A DNA stretch of 64,000 nt from Dehalococcoidia bacterium (GTDB lineage Bacteria > Chloroflexota > Dehalococcoidia > Lucifugimonadales > UBA3495), in the NCBI GenBank assembly GCA_965221385.1, contig OZ244885.1, positions 2,325,314 to 2,389,313 on the forward strand, read 5' to 3'. The notes below the pieces were generated by a model that was given only the letters and a program-made list of their open reading frames with translations, did no database searches and was not told the DNA's origin. Shown here piece by piece: positions 37,995 to 47,064 of the stretch (position 1 is its first letter; each line of letters opens with the position of its first letter). The translations under genes were made by a program, and so were the position numbers.

Positions 37995-38396
37995 TCAGGT
38001 TCCCAGCAGGGCCCCCGGTATGTCTTTCACCCCAAATACAATGGCGTCAACGGCCTTGTGCATGATGTCGGGAGCATCGCCGTCGTGCCACAAGAGGACG
38101 GTTCGCTTCCCGGCGCCAATGCCGTAGCCCAATTCCAAGTGGGCCGAACGCCCGCAGGGGAGGACGCAGACCACCGCCTCGCATGCCTCCAACGCCTCCA
38201 TGTCCCGGTTGAATATGGATTGCACCCGGGGATGGTCCAGAAAGTTGTGTAGCTCCGCGGCGGTTATCTCGTCCGGGTTCCAGTCCGATCCGCCCTGGTG
38301 TCGGAAGTCATAGACTTCATGCCCAGCCTGCCGCAATACGCGCACGACTTCCGGGTATATCTCATTGCGCCAGGAACTGGCCACGTAAACCTTCAT
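37995..38396 (-). CDS. Nucleoside 2-deoxyribosyltransferase-like protein
   Basis: 133 aa. KVYVASSWRN..GHEVYDFR..VCVLPCGRSAHLELGYGIGAGK resembles the family usually annotated this way. Assigned from recalled pattern only. Confidence 0.55.
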   Translation of the reverse strand: MKVYVASSWRNEIYPEVVRVLRQAGHEVYDFRHQGGSDWNPDEITAAELHNFLDHPRVQSIFNRDMEALEACEAVVCVLPCGRSAHLELGYGIGAGKRTVLLWHDGDAPDIMHKAVDAIVFGVKDIPGALLGT

Positions 38397-38599
38397 AAGC
38401 CTCGTTCAAAAATGGGTTTCTCCCGCATTATACGGGAGCGGGGCAAGCGGGTGGGGGTGTTGGAGCCGGCGACCGGGGGATTCCTTGGTTCGTCGGTTGT
38501 GTGCAGCCGCCCGCCTCCCTCACTGCGCGCGACAGCCGGGGCATGGCGGACAGATGATATGCAGGGGACAGTCAACCTGAAATCCTGGCGGTTGGCCGC

Positions 38600-39445
38600 C
38601 TACCCGAAGTAATCGGCCAGGGCCACCACCATGCTGCCCATGTGCGGGTGTTCCGGTTCCACGTCCACCGGAATGCCGGCCTCGCGGAGGCGGCGGCTGC
38701 ACACCGGCCCCACCGACGCCACCACTGCGCCGCCGGTTTTGTCCGCACCATTCTCTTCCTGCTTGGGTGCGCCCAAGCCCTCCCGCAGGGCGTCCTCACG
38801 CCCTCCCTTGGCAGCAATGGTAAGCAGGTTTCCCACCTGGGGTTGGCTGGTGAAGGCCACCGCGTCAATCTTCCCGGCAGCCAGGTCGTCGATCATTGCC
38901 AGCGCCGGCCCTTCATCTTCGGGCAAGCCCCAGGTATAGAGGGTGACTTCGCGGACGCGGGCGTCCCGGTTCTCCAGGTGACGCACCAAGGGCTGGTTGG
39001 GGCCGCCGTAGCGTTGAACGGCCATCACCCTGCCGGCCAGGTCCCATCCTGCCAGGGCATTAATTAGGTCGGCGGTGGTATAGGGTTCGGGGGGCATGAG
39101 GTCGATGTGGATCTTGTGCTGGCGCAGCACCCGGGCGGGCTTGGGACTGCGGGCGATGACCGTCATGCGGTTCAGGGCATCGATGAACTCCTGCTCCTTG
39201 CCCATGGCTGCCGCGGCGGAGACCAAGGCCTGGGTTCCCACGCCGGTCAGCAGGGTGATGGCGTCAATGCCACCGGCGCAGGTTTCCAGCACCAACTGCT
39301 GAACCTCCGGGCTGTCCTCCAGGTACACCTCCTGAAGAACCGGCGCCGGATAGGGAACGCCGCCGTGCCGTTCGATCAGACCGGCCATCTCCGTGGTCAT
39401 CCGGGCTTCCACGAAGGCGACGGTCCTGCCGTTCAAAGAAGCCAA
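38600..39445 (-). CDS. hemD: Uroporphyrinogen-III synthase
   Basis: 281 aa. TTG start with GGGAGA upstream. Two-lobed HemD-like layout (GRTVAFVEAR.., ITLLTGVG, DAVAFTS). It lies directly downstream of sulfite reductase, consistent with siroheme supply. Confidence 0.75.
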   Translation of the reverse strand: MASLNGRTVAFVEARMTTEMAGLIERHGGVPYPAPVLQEVYLEDSPEVQQLVLETCAGGIDAITLLTGVGTQALVSAAAAMGKEQEFIDALNRMTVIARSPKPARVLRQHKIHIDLMPPEPYTTADLINALAGWDLAGRVMAVQRYGGPNQPLVRHLENRDARVREVTLYTWGLPEDEGPALAMIDDLAAGKIDAVAFTSQPQVGNLLTIAAKGGREDALREGLGAPKQEENGADKTGGAVVASVGPVCSRRLREAGIPVDVEPEHPHMGSMVVALADYFG

Positions 39446-39589
39446 TTGCTTTCTCCCGCCATGCTAAACGCGCTAGGATAAACGGCCCTGGGCGCAGGTC
39501 TGTCCGGCAGGGACTGTAGCCGTTCTCATACCCACCCAGTACAGCCAGCGCGCCCGCGCAAATCAGTCCCTGTTTGAATTACGTAAGGG

Positions 39590-41422
39590 TTAGACGGCGC
39601 ACTCGCCCTCACCCCGTTCCAGGACGTAGTTGGTGGTGCGCTCCCAGTCCACGTACAGCTCGCCGCCCACTTCCCCATTGGTGGCGGATTCCTGGATGGA
39701 TGACGCCACGGCGGTCAATTCCTCCAAACCCACCCGGTCCAGGAACTGGTTGAAGCTCTCGCCGTCTGCCCGATTGTCCTTGTAGTAGGTGGCTATTTCC
39801 CGCACCATGCCGGGAACCAGCTTGGCCGGCACCTTCACCTTGGGGATGCGGGTACCGATGCGGGAGTCTTCCACCCGGTTGTCGCCATAGTTTCCGCCCA
39901 GGAACATCTCGTAGGCGGGAATCTGGCTGCCATCCGGGCCCTTGATGGCCGCGCCGTGGAACCCGATGTTGGCGATGTGGTGCAGGCCGCAGCCGTTGGG
40001 GCAGCCGCTCATCTTGATGCGGATGTCCCGGACGCCCTCGTCCTGCAGCAGACCGTTCCACCCGCCCATTTCGGCGCCGATGGCCTTGGCCAAACCCATG
40101 GAGGAGGTGATTCCCAGCTTGCAACTGTCGGTGCCGGGGCAGGAAACCACGTTGGCGATGGTATGGGCGCCCGGTTCGTTCAGGCCGATGGCGCCCAGTT
40201 CCTCCCACACCTGGTGCAGGTATCCATTGGGAACCCAGCGCAGGGCCAGGTTCTGCTCCTGGGTGGCGTTGGCCCGGCCGCCGGTGTAGCGGCGCAGAAT
40301 CTGGGCCAGGCCCCGGAACTGGTCGGGGGTCAGGTCGCCCCGGACCGGCTTCACGTACACCACGTTGTACCCGGCCTGTTTCTGGGCAACCACGTTGGTT
40401 TCCAGCCAGTAGTTGTACTCGCCGCTGCCATTGCCCGTGTCGCCGGCGCTGGCCGGTGGTTCGGGAGGGTACTCCCTGTAAATGTCTTCGTCGGCGATGT
40501 ATTCCTTGGGGTCTATGGGGCCGATCTCCGCCAGCTCCGCCTCCACCAGACCGCGGAATTCCTCCAGCCCAATCCGGTCGATCAATACTTTCAGGCGGGC
40601 CATCATGCGGTTCTTGCGCAGGGACACCGCCTTATCGAACACCGTCCAGATGGCCAGGGCCAGGCGCAGGTAATCCTCCTCGGGCAGGAACTCGTAGAGG
40701 GGCTTGGCCAAACGGGGCATGATGGAGGTGCCGCCGCCCACGTAAACCTTGAAGCCGCGCTTCTCCACCCCGTCCTCAACCCGTACCTGGGAAATGTAGG
40801 TGAGGTCCTGGATGGCCGCTGCCACGGTATCCCGGGAATCGGTGCCGGTGAAGGCCGACTTGAACTTGCGGGGGAAGGACTGGGTAATGGGGTGGCGCAC
40901 CCCAAAGCGCACGTAGCCGGTCAGGTAGGGCGTCGGGTCGAACACCTCGTCGGCGTCCACGCCGGCCGTGGGGCAGCCCACCACGTTGCGCACGGTATTG
41001 CCGCAGGCTTCCCGGCTGGACAAACCCACCGCGCCCAGCTTGCGCAGCACGTCGGGACATTGAGGCAGGGGGACATGATGGAACTGGACGTTTTCGCGGG
41101 TGGTCAGGTGACCCTTGCCCAGGGGGGCGTAATGCTCGGCGATGTCCCCCAGGACTTCCAGGGAATCGGCGTTGACGATACCGCCGGGCAGCTTGACGCG
41201 AATCATCTGCACGTCGGCCTGGCGTTGGCCGTACACTCCCTGGCGGAGCCGGAAGGGAGTAAACTCGGCGTTATCCTGCTCCCCGGACTGGTAGCGGGCC
41301 GACTCCTCTTCGAAATTCACCACCTCGCTCTCCATGAAGGGTATGACGCCCGGCGCGGTGGCGGCCAGCTCAAGGCTCTCCCGGTAAACTTCCTCCTGAG
41401 TGCGCTGCTGTTTCGTGGCCAA
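39590..41422 (-). CDS. sir: Nitrite/sulfite reductase hemoprotein (ferredoxin-type, assimilatory sulfite reductase likely)
   Basis: 610 aa. TTG start with AGGAGG 5 nt upstream. Siroheme/4Fe-4S cysteine clusters CPGTDSCKLG and SGCPNGCG. Confidence 0.88.
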   Translation of the reverse strand: MATKQQRTQEEVYRESLELAATAPGVIPFMESEVVNFEEESARYQSGEQDNAEFTPFRLRQGVYGQRQADVQMIRVKLPGGIVNADSLEVLGDIAEHYAPLGKGHLTTRENVQFHHVPLPQCPDVLRKLGAVGLSSREACGNTVRNVVGCPTAGVDADEVFDPTPYLTGYVRFGVRHPITQSFPRKFKSAFTGTDSRDTVAAAIQDLTYISQVRVEDGVEKRGFKVYVGGGTSIMPRLAKPLYEFLPEEDYLRLALAIWTVFDKAVSLRKNRMMARLKVLIDRIGLEEFRGLVEAELAEIGPIDPKEYIADEDIYREYPPEPPASAGDTGNGSGEYNYWLETNVVAQKQAGYNVVYVKPVRGDLTPDQFRGLAQILRRYTGGRANATQEQNLALRWVPNGYLHQVWEELGAIGLNEPGAHTIANVVSCPGTDSCKLGITSSMGLAKAIGAEMGGWNGLLQDEGVRDIRIKMSGCPNGCGLHHIANIGFHGAAIKGPDGSQIPAYEMFLGGNYGDNRVEDSRIGTRIPKVKVPAKLVPGMVREIATYYKDNRADGESFNQFLDRVGLEELTAVASSIQESATNGEVGGELYVDWERTTNYVLERGEGECAV

Positions 41423-41519
41423 TTGATCCTCCTGCGAATTCTGTCCGTCTGTGTGCGTTGAAACACGCCCTGGGTTTCCCGTTAATCAGTTGCGGCCCCT
41501 TCCGTCGGGGTAAACAAAT

Positions 41520-41551
41520 CGCCCACCAAGTTGCGAAATGCTTGGTGGGCG
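41520..41551 (-). terminator. Leader (attenuator) terminator upstream of sulfite reductase
   Basis: Minus strand: CGCCCACCAAG-N10-CTTGGTGGGCG, a perfect 11-bp stem, followed by ATTTGTTTA. It lies inside the 5' leader, about 90 nt before the sir start. Confidence 0.55.
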
Positions 41552-41587
41552 CTGGGTTTCCGATTGACGCAATAATATACCCGCTCC

Positions 41588-41638
41588 CTATGTGGGAGGA
41601 CAGGTACAGAGGCAAAGGCAGATATTCCTGACTGTCAT
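41588..41638 (-). CDS. Putative leaderless poly-Cys leader peptide (16 aa)
   Basis: Below the track size cutoff. ATG at 41638 lies 8 nt after the -10 hexamer. Translation is MTVRNICLCLCTCPPT followed by a stop, with 4 Cys in 7 codons. Confidence 0.5.
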   Translation of the reverse strand: MTVRNICLCLCTCPPT

Positions 41639-41646
41639 GGTCAACA

Positions 41647-41675
41647 ATTCTAGCGGCGGCCTACTGCTTTGTCAA
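41647..41675 (-). promoter_or_regulatory. Near-consensus promoter of the sir leader
   Basis: Minus strand: TTGACA (41675-41670), 17 nt, TAGAAT (41652-41647). Confidence 0.55.
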
Positions 41676-41757
41676 TACCATTTGATACTAATGCCGGGTT
41701 AACATTTTCTACAATGATGTTGCAGAACCGACGGGCTTCAGGACGAAGGCCCTGATC

Positions 41758-42513
41758 CTACCCCCGGCTCGGAAAGGGTAAGCCGGACTTGCCCTGGTTC
41801 AACGCTTCGAGACAGGCGGGGCCGCATTTCATTTCCCCCATTTGAAAGCCCATACCTTCCCCGAAACGCATGGTCACCCTTTGCCGAATGGCGTCCATTT
41901 CGGGAATCCTTTCTGCTCTTCCCTCATCGGCCAGCCTGGCCATGGAGGTTACCTCCCGGTCGGTGATGCCACAGGGGACGATCTGGCCAAACTTGGACAG
42001 ATCGGGATTGACGTTCAGGGCGAAGCCGTGGCTGCTTACTCCCCGGCTGATCTTCACGCCGATGGCCGCTATCTTGGCCTCTCCGACCCACACGCCGGTC
42101 AAGCCGGGCAGCGTCCCGGCGGCAATGCCAAAATCGGCCAGGGTTGCAATGATTACCTGCTCCAGGGCGCGGACGTACTTCAACGGGCCCCCCCAGTCCC
42201 GCAAGTTCACGATGGGATAGGCCACCAGTTGGCCCGGGCCGTGATAGGTTATCTGCCCGCCCCGGTCCGTCTCGACCACATCTATACCCTGCAACGACAA
42301 CTCCTCCGGTGGCAGGAGAAAGTGCTCCGGCCTGGAGAGCCGGCCCCGGGTATAGACGGGGGGGTGTTCCAGCAGCAACAGGGTATTGGGAACCTCGCCT
42401 TCCCGAACGGCGTTGACCAGGTCGGCCTGTAGTTGCCAGGCGCGGCGATATGCAACCTGGCCAAGGTATATGGGTTGGCAGAAGGGCGTTTCAGACATGA
42501 AACATCGGGCCAT
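41758..42513 (-). CDS. lipB: Lipoyl(octanoyl) transferase
   Basis: 251 aa. RGGQITYHGPGQLVAYP and KIAAIGVKI motifs. The start is 42513 or 42498. Confidence 0.88.
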   Translation of the reverse strand: MARCFMSETPFCQPIYLGQVAYRRAWQLQADLVNAVREGEVPNTLLLLEHPPVYTRGRLSRPEHFLLPPEELSLQGIDVVETDRGGQITYHGPGQLVAYPIVNLRDWGGPLKYVRALEQVIIATLADFGIAAGTLPGLTGVWVGEAKIAAIGVKISRGVSSHGFALNVNPDLSKFGQIVPCGITDREVTSMARLADEGRAERIPEMDAIRQRVTMRFGEGMGFQMGEMKCGPACLEALNQGKSGLPFPSRG

Positions 42514-42589
42514 TCAGGCAGGGTGTGGAACGTCCGCGCCGGGTGCGCCCCTGCCGGTGACGTCTTCCCACACTGTCCACCCAGACATA

Positions 42590-44023
42590 TCAACCGGAAT
42601 AATCGGCGGTAATCGCTTCCAGCCGCCCCTTCATGGCCTGCATGAAGGCGCTGGACTCCGCGCCGTCGTTGATGCGGTGGTCGAAGGACATGCACAGGTT
42701 CATCATCGACCGTATGGCGATGGCGTCGTTGATGACCACGGGCCGCTTCTGTATGGCCTCGGTGGTCAGGATGGCCGCCTGGGGGTGGTTGATAATGGGT
42801 TGGGAGGTGACCGAACCCAGGGCGCCGGTGTTGTTCAGCGTGAAGGTGCCGCCCTGCACGTCCTCTATGGTCAACCGGCCCTCCCTGGCCCGCAGGGACA
42901 GATCGGCGACGGCGTGGGCCAGGCCGGAGAGGCTCAATCGGTCGGCATTGTGTATCACCGGCACCACCAGACCGTTGGGAGCCGCCACCGCCAGCCCAAT
43001 GTTCACCCGGTTCTTAAGGATAATCTTGTCATCGCCCCAGGAAGCGTTGAAGGTGGGGTTCTCTCTTAGGGTTGCCACCAACGCCTGAACGATGTAGGGC
43101 AGGAAAGTCAGGTCCACCCCCTCACGGTGGCGAAAAGCCGCGCGGGCGGCGTTTCGGGCCCCCACCAGTCCCGTCACGTCCACCTCCACCATGCTCCAGG
43201 CATGGGGTATCTGGCTGACGCTGCGTACCATCGCCTCGGCAATCATGCGCCGGACCGGGGTGATGGGCAGGTATTCCTCGTCCTCCCCGCCGGACTGGCT
43301 GGATTCGGGGGTAACGGAAGCCGGAATTGGAACTGCTGGGGCGCCGGTCTGCCGGGTTTCCAAATGTTTCAGCACGTCGTCGCGGGTTATGCGTCCGCCC
43401 ATGCCGGTGCCGGCTATGTTCGACAGGTCAACGTTATGCTCACGGGCCAGCCGCCGCACCGCCGGCGAGAGTCGGGGAGTTGCCCCGGTTTCGGGGGCCG
43501 ATGGTGGCGCCTCTTGGCCTGCCGGAGTGGGAAGGGGTTGACTGCCCTCGCGTTCCTCTGGTGGTTGGGCCAACGCGGTGGCCGGCGCAATTTCCGGCGA
43601 CACAGCTTCCCCGGCGCCGCCTCCGGTGGGCCCCACCATGACGGCGGAGGTGTTCAAATAGCCAATGCGGCCGGCGGAGGGGGTTGACCGGGCCGCGTCC
43701 GGTTCCCTGCCAGATTCCTTCGCCGATTCCCCATGATCTGCCTTTGCTTCCGGGGATTTTTGAGCCGCCGGGGCTTCCTGCCCCTCCGCCGGTTCCACCT
43801 CGGCGATGGGCGCGCCCATGGGGATGGTCTCTCCCTCGTCGGCCAGAATCTTGACCAGTTGGCCGTCCACCGGGGAGGGAACCTCCATCGTTACCTTGTC
43901 GGTCACCACTTCCACCAGGGGCTCGAAGCGCTCAATCTGATCGCCCGGCTGCTTCAGCCACTTGCCGATGGTGCCCTCGACAACCGACTCTCCGACATGG
44001 GGAAGTTCAATGGTCTGAGCCAA
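42590..44023 (-). CDS. 2-oxoacid dehydrogenase E2 (dihydrolipoamide acyltransferase)
   Basis: 477 aa, TTG start. Lipoyl domain VEVVTDKVTMEVPSP, E3-binding segment LSPAVRRLAREHNVDL, catalytic SFDHRINDG. Confidence 0.9.
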   Translation of the reverse strand: MAQTIELPHVGESVVEGTIGKWLKQPGDQIERFEPLVEVVTDKVTMEVPSPVDGQLVKILADEGETIPMGAPIAEVEPAEGQEAPAAQKSPEAKADHGESAKESGREPDAARSTPSAGRIGYLNTSAVMVGPTGGGAGEAVSPEIAPATALAQPPEEREGSQPLPTPAGQEAPPSAPETGATPRLSPAVRRLAREHNVDLSNIAGTGMGGRITRDDVLKHLETRQTGAPAVPIPASVTPESSQSGGEDEEYLPITPVRRMIAEAMVRSVSQIPHAWSMVEVDVTGLVGARNAARAAFRHREGVDLTFLPYIVQALVATLRENPTFNASWGDDKIILKNRVNIGLAVAAPNGLVVPVIHNADRLSLSGLAHAVADLSLRAREGRLTIEDVQGGTFTLNNTGALGSVTSQPIINHPQAAILTTEAIQKRPVVINDAIAIRSMMNLCMSFDHRINDGAESSAFMQAMKGRLEAITADYSG

Positions 44024-44173
44024 GCTTTCACCACCCTTGGTTGAGGATTGAATTCTCGGTCCGGGTCGGTTCGAAACTGTTTGCCCCAGCGGTCAGCGCT
44101 GATGGCAATGGCGACCTGCACACCGTGCCTGTGCCACCCCTGCAGGAGATTTCGCCGGCCCCGTGGGCCAGGG

Positions 44174-45160
44174 CTAATGGGCCGCCAATTTACGCAGTGC
44201 CTCCACAATCTTTGGGGCGCTGGGCATATAGGCGTCCTCCAGGGTTTGGGCGAAGGGCATGGTTGGAACATCCGGCCCGCAAACCCGGACTATGGGCGCA
44301 TCCAGGTAGTCGAAGGCCCGGTCCGCCGCCAGGGCCGCAATTTCCGAACCGACGCCACCGCTGATGTTGTCCTCGTGAACAATCAGCAGCTTGCCGGTCT
44401 TGCGCACCGACTCCAGGATGGTATCGGCATCCAGCGGTTTCAGGGTGCGCAGGTCCACCACCTCCACTTGAACCCCATCCTCGGCGGCCAACTGCTCCGC
44501 CGCTTCCAGGCAGTAGTGGAGCATCAGGCCGTAGCTTACCACCGTAATATTGGCCCCGGAACGCTTAACCTCCGCTTCACCGATGGGGAGGAGGTACTCC
44601 TCCTCGGGTACCTCGCCCCGCACCAGGCGGTAGGTCTTCTTGTGCTCCAGGAACACCACCGGATTGTTGTCCCGGATGGCCGATTTCAGCAGCCCCTTGG
44701 CATCATAGGGAGTGGCGGGGGCCACCACCTTGAGTCCTGGAGTGTGGAAGAAATAGGCCTCCACGTTTTGGGAGTGGAACAGGCCGCCGCGAATTCCGCC
44801 GCCGTAGGGAATGCGTATGGTTACCGGGGCGTTCAACTTGCCGTCGGTGCCGTAGCAGACCCGGGCCGCCTCGCCGATCAACTGGTTGACCGCCGGCCAC
44901 AGGAAATCGGCGAATTCCACCTCCGGGATGGGACGCATACCGCGAAAGGAGGCTCCCAGGGCAATTCCCATTATGGAGGCCTCGGCCAGGGGCATATCCA
45001 TCACCCGCTCCGGGCCGAACTCCTCGATAAACCCCTGGGTGGCCAGGAATACCCCACCGCGCCAACCCACGTCCTCGCCCAGGATGAACACCTGGTCGTC
45101 TCGGCGCATCTCCTCGCGCATGGCTTCCCGGACGGCTTCTATGACGCTCATTACGGCCAT
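44174..45160 (-). CDS. 2-oxoacid dehydrogenase E1 beta subunit
   Basis: 328 aa. Transketolase-like pyrimidine-binding fold (RVMDMPLAEASIMGIALG). Confidence 0.9.
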   Translation of the reverse strand: MAVMSVIEAVREAMREEMRRDDQVFILGEDVGWRGGVFLATQGFIEEFGPERVMDMPLAEASIMGIALGASFRGMRPIPEVEFADFLWPAVNQLIGEAARVCYGTDGKLNAPVTIRIPYGGGIRGGLFHSQNVEAYFFHTPGLKVVAPATPYDAKGLLKSAIRDNNPVVFLEHKKTYRLVRGEVPEEEYLLPIGEAEVKRSGANITVVSYGLMLHYCLEAAEQLAAEDGVQVEVVDLRTLKPLDADTILESVRKTGKLLIVHEDNISGGVGSEIAALAADRAFDYLDAPIVRVCGPDVPTMPFAQTLEDAYMPSAPKIVEALRKLAAH

Positions 45161-45298
45161 TGGCTTTCCTCAAGACCTGCTCTAACTGTCACTGGCGCAC
45201 CGTACCAATTGGTCAACATCAACCTGGGATAGCAATGAACCATACCCAGCTACGCCGGACTCTATACGCCGGGGCTTCCGGCGAACTCCTTCTGGGGT

Positions 45299-46351
45299 TC
45301 AGGGAGCATAGACGTGCTGGTGCAGGCCGGCGGGATCCGGCGGCGAAGCGGCGTCGGCCACATCCGTGGCCTCGTTCACGGCCCGCCGAGCCTCCGCCCG
45401 AATCGCCTCCTGCTGTTCCTCGGTAAGGTAGCCCCGTTCCAGGAGAAAGTCGCCAAAGGCGGCCACCGGGTCTCGCTGGCGCACCTCCTCGATTTCTTCC
45501 TTGGGACGGTAGCGGGTATCGTCATCGTCGGTGGTGTGGGGCATCAGGCGTTCCACCTTCATTTCCAGCAGCACGGGGCCCTCCCGCCGGGCGTGGAGAA
45601 TCGCCTCGCGAGTGGCCTCGTAGCAGGCCAGAAGGTCCAGGCCGTCCACGATAATGCCGGGGAAACCGTAACCCTCCGCCCGGTTGGCCACGTCGCCGAT
45701 GGCCATTTGCAGTCGCTGGGGCACGGAGATGGCGTAACCATTGTTCTCGCAGATGAACACCACGGGCAGCCGGTGGACGCCGGCAAAGTTCATGGCCTCG
45801 TGAGTCTCCCCCTGGCTGGAGGCGCCGTCCCCAAAATATACCAGGGTAACGCAGCCGTCCCCCTGCATCTTGCTGGCCAGGGCGTATCCCACCGACTGGG
45901 TTAGGCCGGCGGCAACCACGTTGGAAAGCTGAATCACATTGTGGGCCAAGTCGGCGCCCTGTAGGGGAAACTGCCGGGCGTTGCTGTAGGGGTCTCCCTC
46001 CTTGCCCATGAAGGACAGCATCACCTGGGTGGGGGACAGGCCCACGCCCATCTTGATGGAAAGGTCCCGGTAGTAGGGAAAGTGGAAGCAGTTGCCATCC
46101 TTCTCGGCGGCCAGCAGGGCGCCCAACTGGGCGGCTTCATGGCCCTGCCCCGAGGCGGCGATAGGTACCTTGCCCTGCCGGTTCATCATCCAGATCCGTT
46201 CGTCAATGGTGCGGATGGTTACCATCCTGCCGTAATAGTCAACCAGATCCTCCGGCGTGATACCCTGCGGCAAGGTATGGGAGGTGGTTTCTCCCTTGCC
46301 CTCGGTCAGCGCCTCTGTCTGGCCGTCGGTCTGATTGGTCATCTGTGTCAT
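45299..46351 (-). CDS. 2-oxoacid dehydrogenase E1 alpha subunit (TPP-dependent)
   Basis: Track ORF trimmed to ATG 46351 (GGAGGG 5 nt upstream). TPP motif GDGASSQGETHEAMNFA. Confidence 0.9.
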   Translation of the reverse strand: MTQMTNQTDGQTEALTEGKGETTSHTLPQGITPEDLVDYYGRMVTIRTIDERIWMMNRQGKVPIAASGQGHEAAQLGALLAAEKDGNCFHFPYYRDLSIKMGVGLSPTQVMLSFMGKEGDPYSNARQFPLQGADLAHNVIQLSNVVAAGLTQSVGYALASKMQGDGCVTLVYFGDGASSQGETHEAMNFAGVHRLPVVFICENNGYAISVPQRLQMAIGDVANRAEGYGFPGIIVDGLDLLACYEATREAILHARREGPVLLEMKVERLMPHTTDDDDTRYRPKEEIEEVRQRDPVAAFGDFLLERGYLTEEQQEAIRAEARRAVNEATDVADAASPPDPAGLHQHVYAP

Positions 46352-46475
46352 GGTACCCTCCGGCAGATTTACCGGGCTGGAATAGCGGTATCCGGTCGGG
46401 CAACATACTTCCATGGGCAAGCCTCAACCGGGAAGTGCGCGAAATCATTGAATGAAGGCCGCCGAACCTGCTGCA

Positions 46476-46504
46476 ATTATATATGCCCGATGGTGGGCGG
46501 GCAA
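46476..46504 (-). promoter_or_regulatory. Candidate promoter of the E1alpha-E1beta-E2 operon
   Basis: Minus strand: TTGCCC (46504-46499), 17 nt, TATAAT (46481-46476). Confidence 0.45.
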
Positions 46505-46548
46505 ATTGGGCAGGGCAACTGCGACCTGTTGTCGATTGGCCCATACCC

Positions 46549-46577
46549 TTGACACTCAAAAAGGACTGTGATAATTT
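46549..46577 (+). promoter_or_regulatory. Candidate promoter of the ACIII operon
   Basis: TTGACA (46549-46554), 17 nt, TAATTT (46572-46577). It is divergent from the E1 promoter. Confidence 0.45.
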
Positions 46578-46596
46578 TCACTAGGTTTGGCGACTG

Positions 46597-46947
46597 ATGT
46601 TGCCAAAAACTTTGGAAACTCATCCAGGGGAATTGTTCAAGGCAGGACTGATGGGCGATCCGAATGCTCTAACCAATGTTGATTGGGCCTACATCTCGAC
46701 CTGGCTAACCATGTACTGGATTGCCTTCCCCCTGGTCATTTTCACCGCATTCACCCTGATGATAGCCCACGGCTTCATTCCCTCCGCCGTCCAGACCGGC
46801 CATCTTCCCTACGGTTTTCGCCGCCTTGTATGGCCCCTGACCCTTTTGGCCGTAATCGTGTGGGTGGTGGCCTGGTTCTTCTGGGCATCGGTAATACAGA
46901 TGAGCCCGGGGATGTTGAGCAACATCTACGAGCGGCTCATCGTCTAG
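46597..46947 (+). CDS. Small hypothetical membrane protein at the head of the ACIII operon
   Basis: 116 aa with 2-3 hydrophobic segments. The start is uncertain because there is no clear SD. No family recognised. Confidence 0.5.
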   Translation: MLPKTLETHPGELFKAGLMGDPNALTNVDWAYISTWLTMYWIAFPLVIFTAFTLMIAHGFIPSAVQTGHLPYGFRRLVWPLTLLAVIVWVVAWFFWASVIQMSPGMLSNIYERLIV

Positions 46948-47064
46948 GGTGGCCCGGGATTTGGTCGGCGAGTTACGGGATGGGTCCCTGGCGCTCCAGC
47001 GGGACAGTCAGGGGCTGGTCGGTCGGAATTTCCGGCCGGACATTAACGAAATAGGCAGGTTCAG

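Noticed and set aside
41423-41646. SAM or other known riboswitch in the sulfite reductase leader
   Set aside because: There is only a vague resemblance (GAAACCCAGC versus the SAM-I GAAACCCGGCAACC). The P1, P2 and P4 elements and the GGTGC.AA motif are missing. The Cys-rich sORF plus alternative helices explain the leader better.
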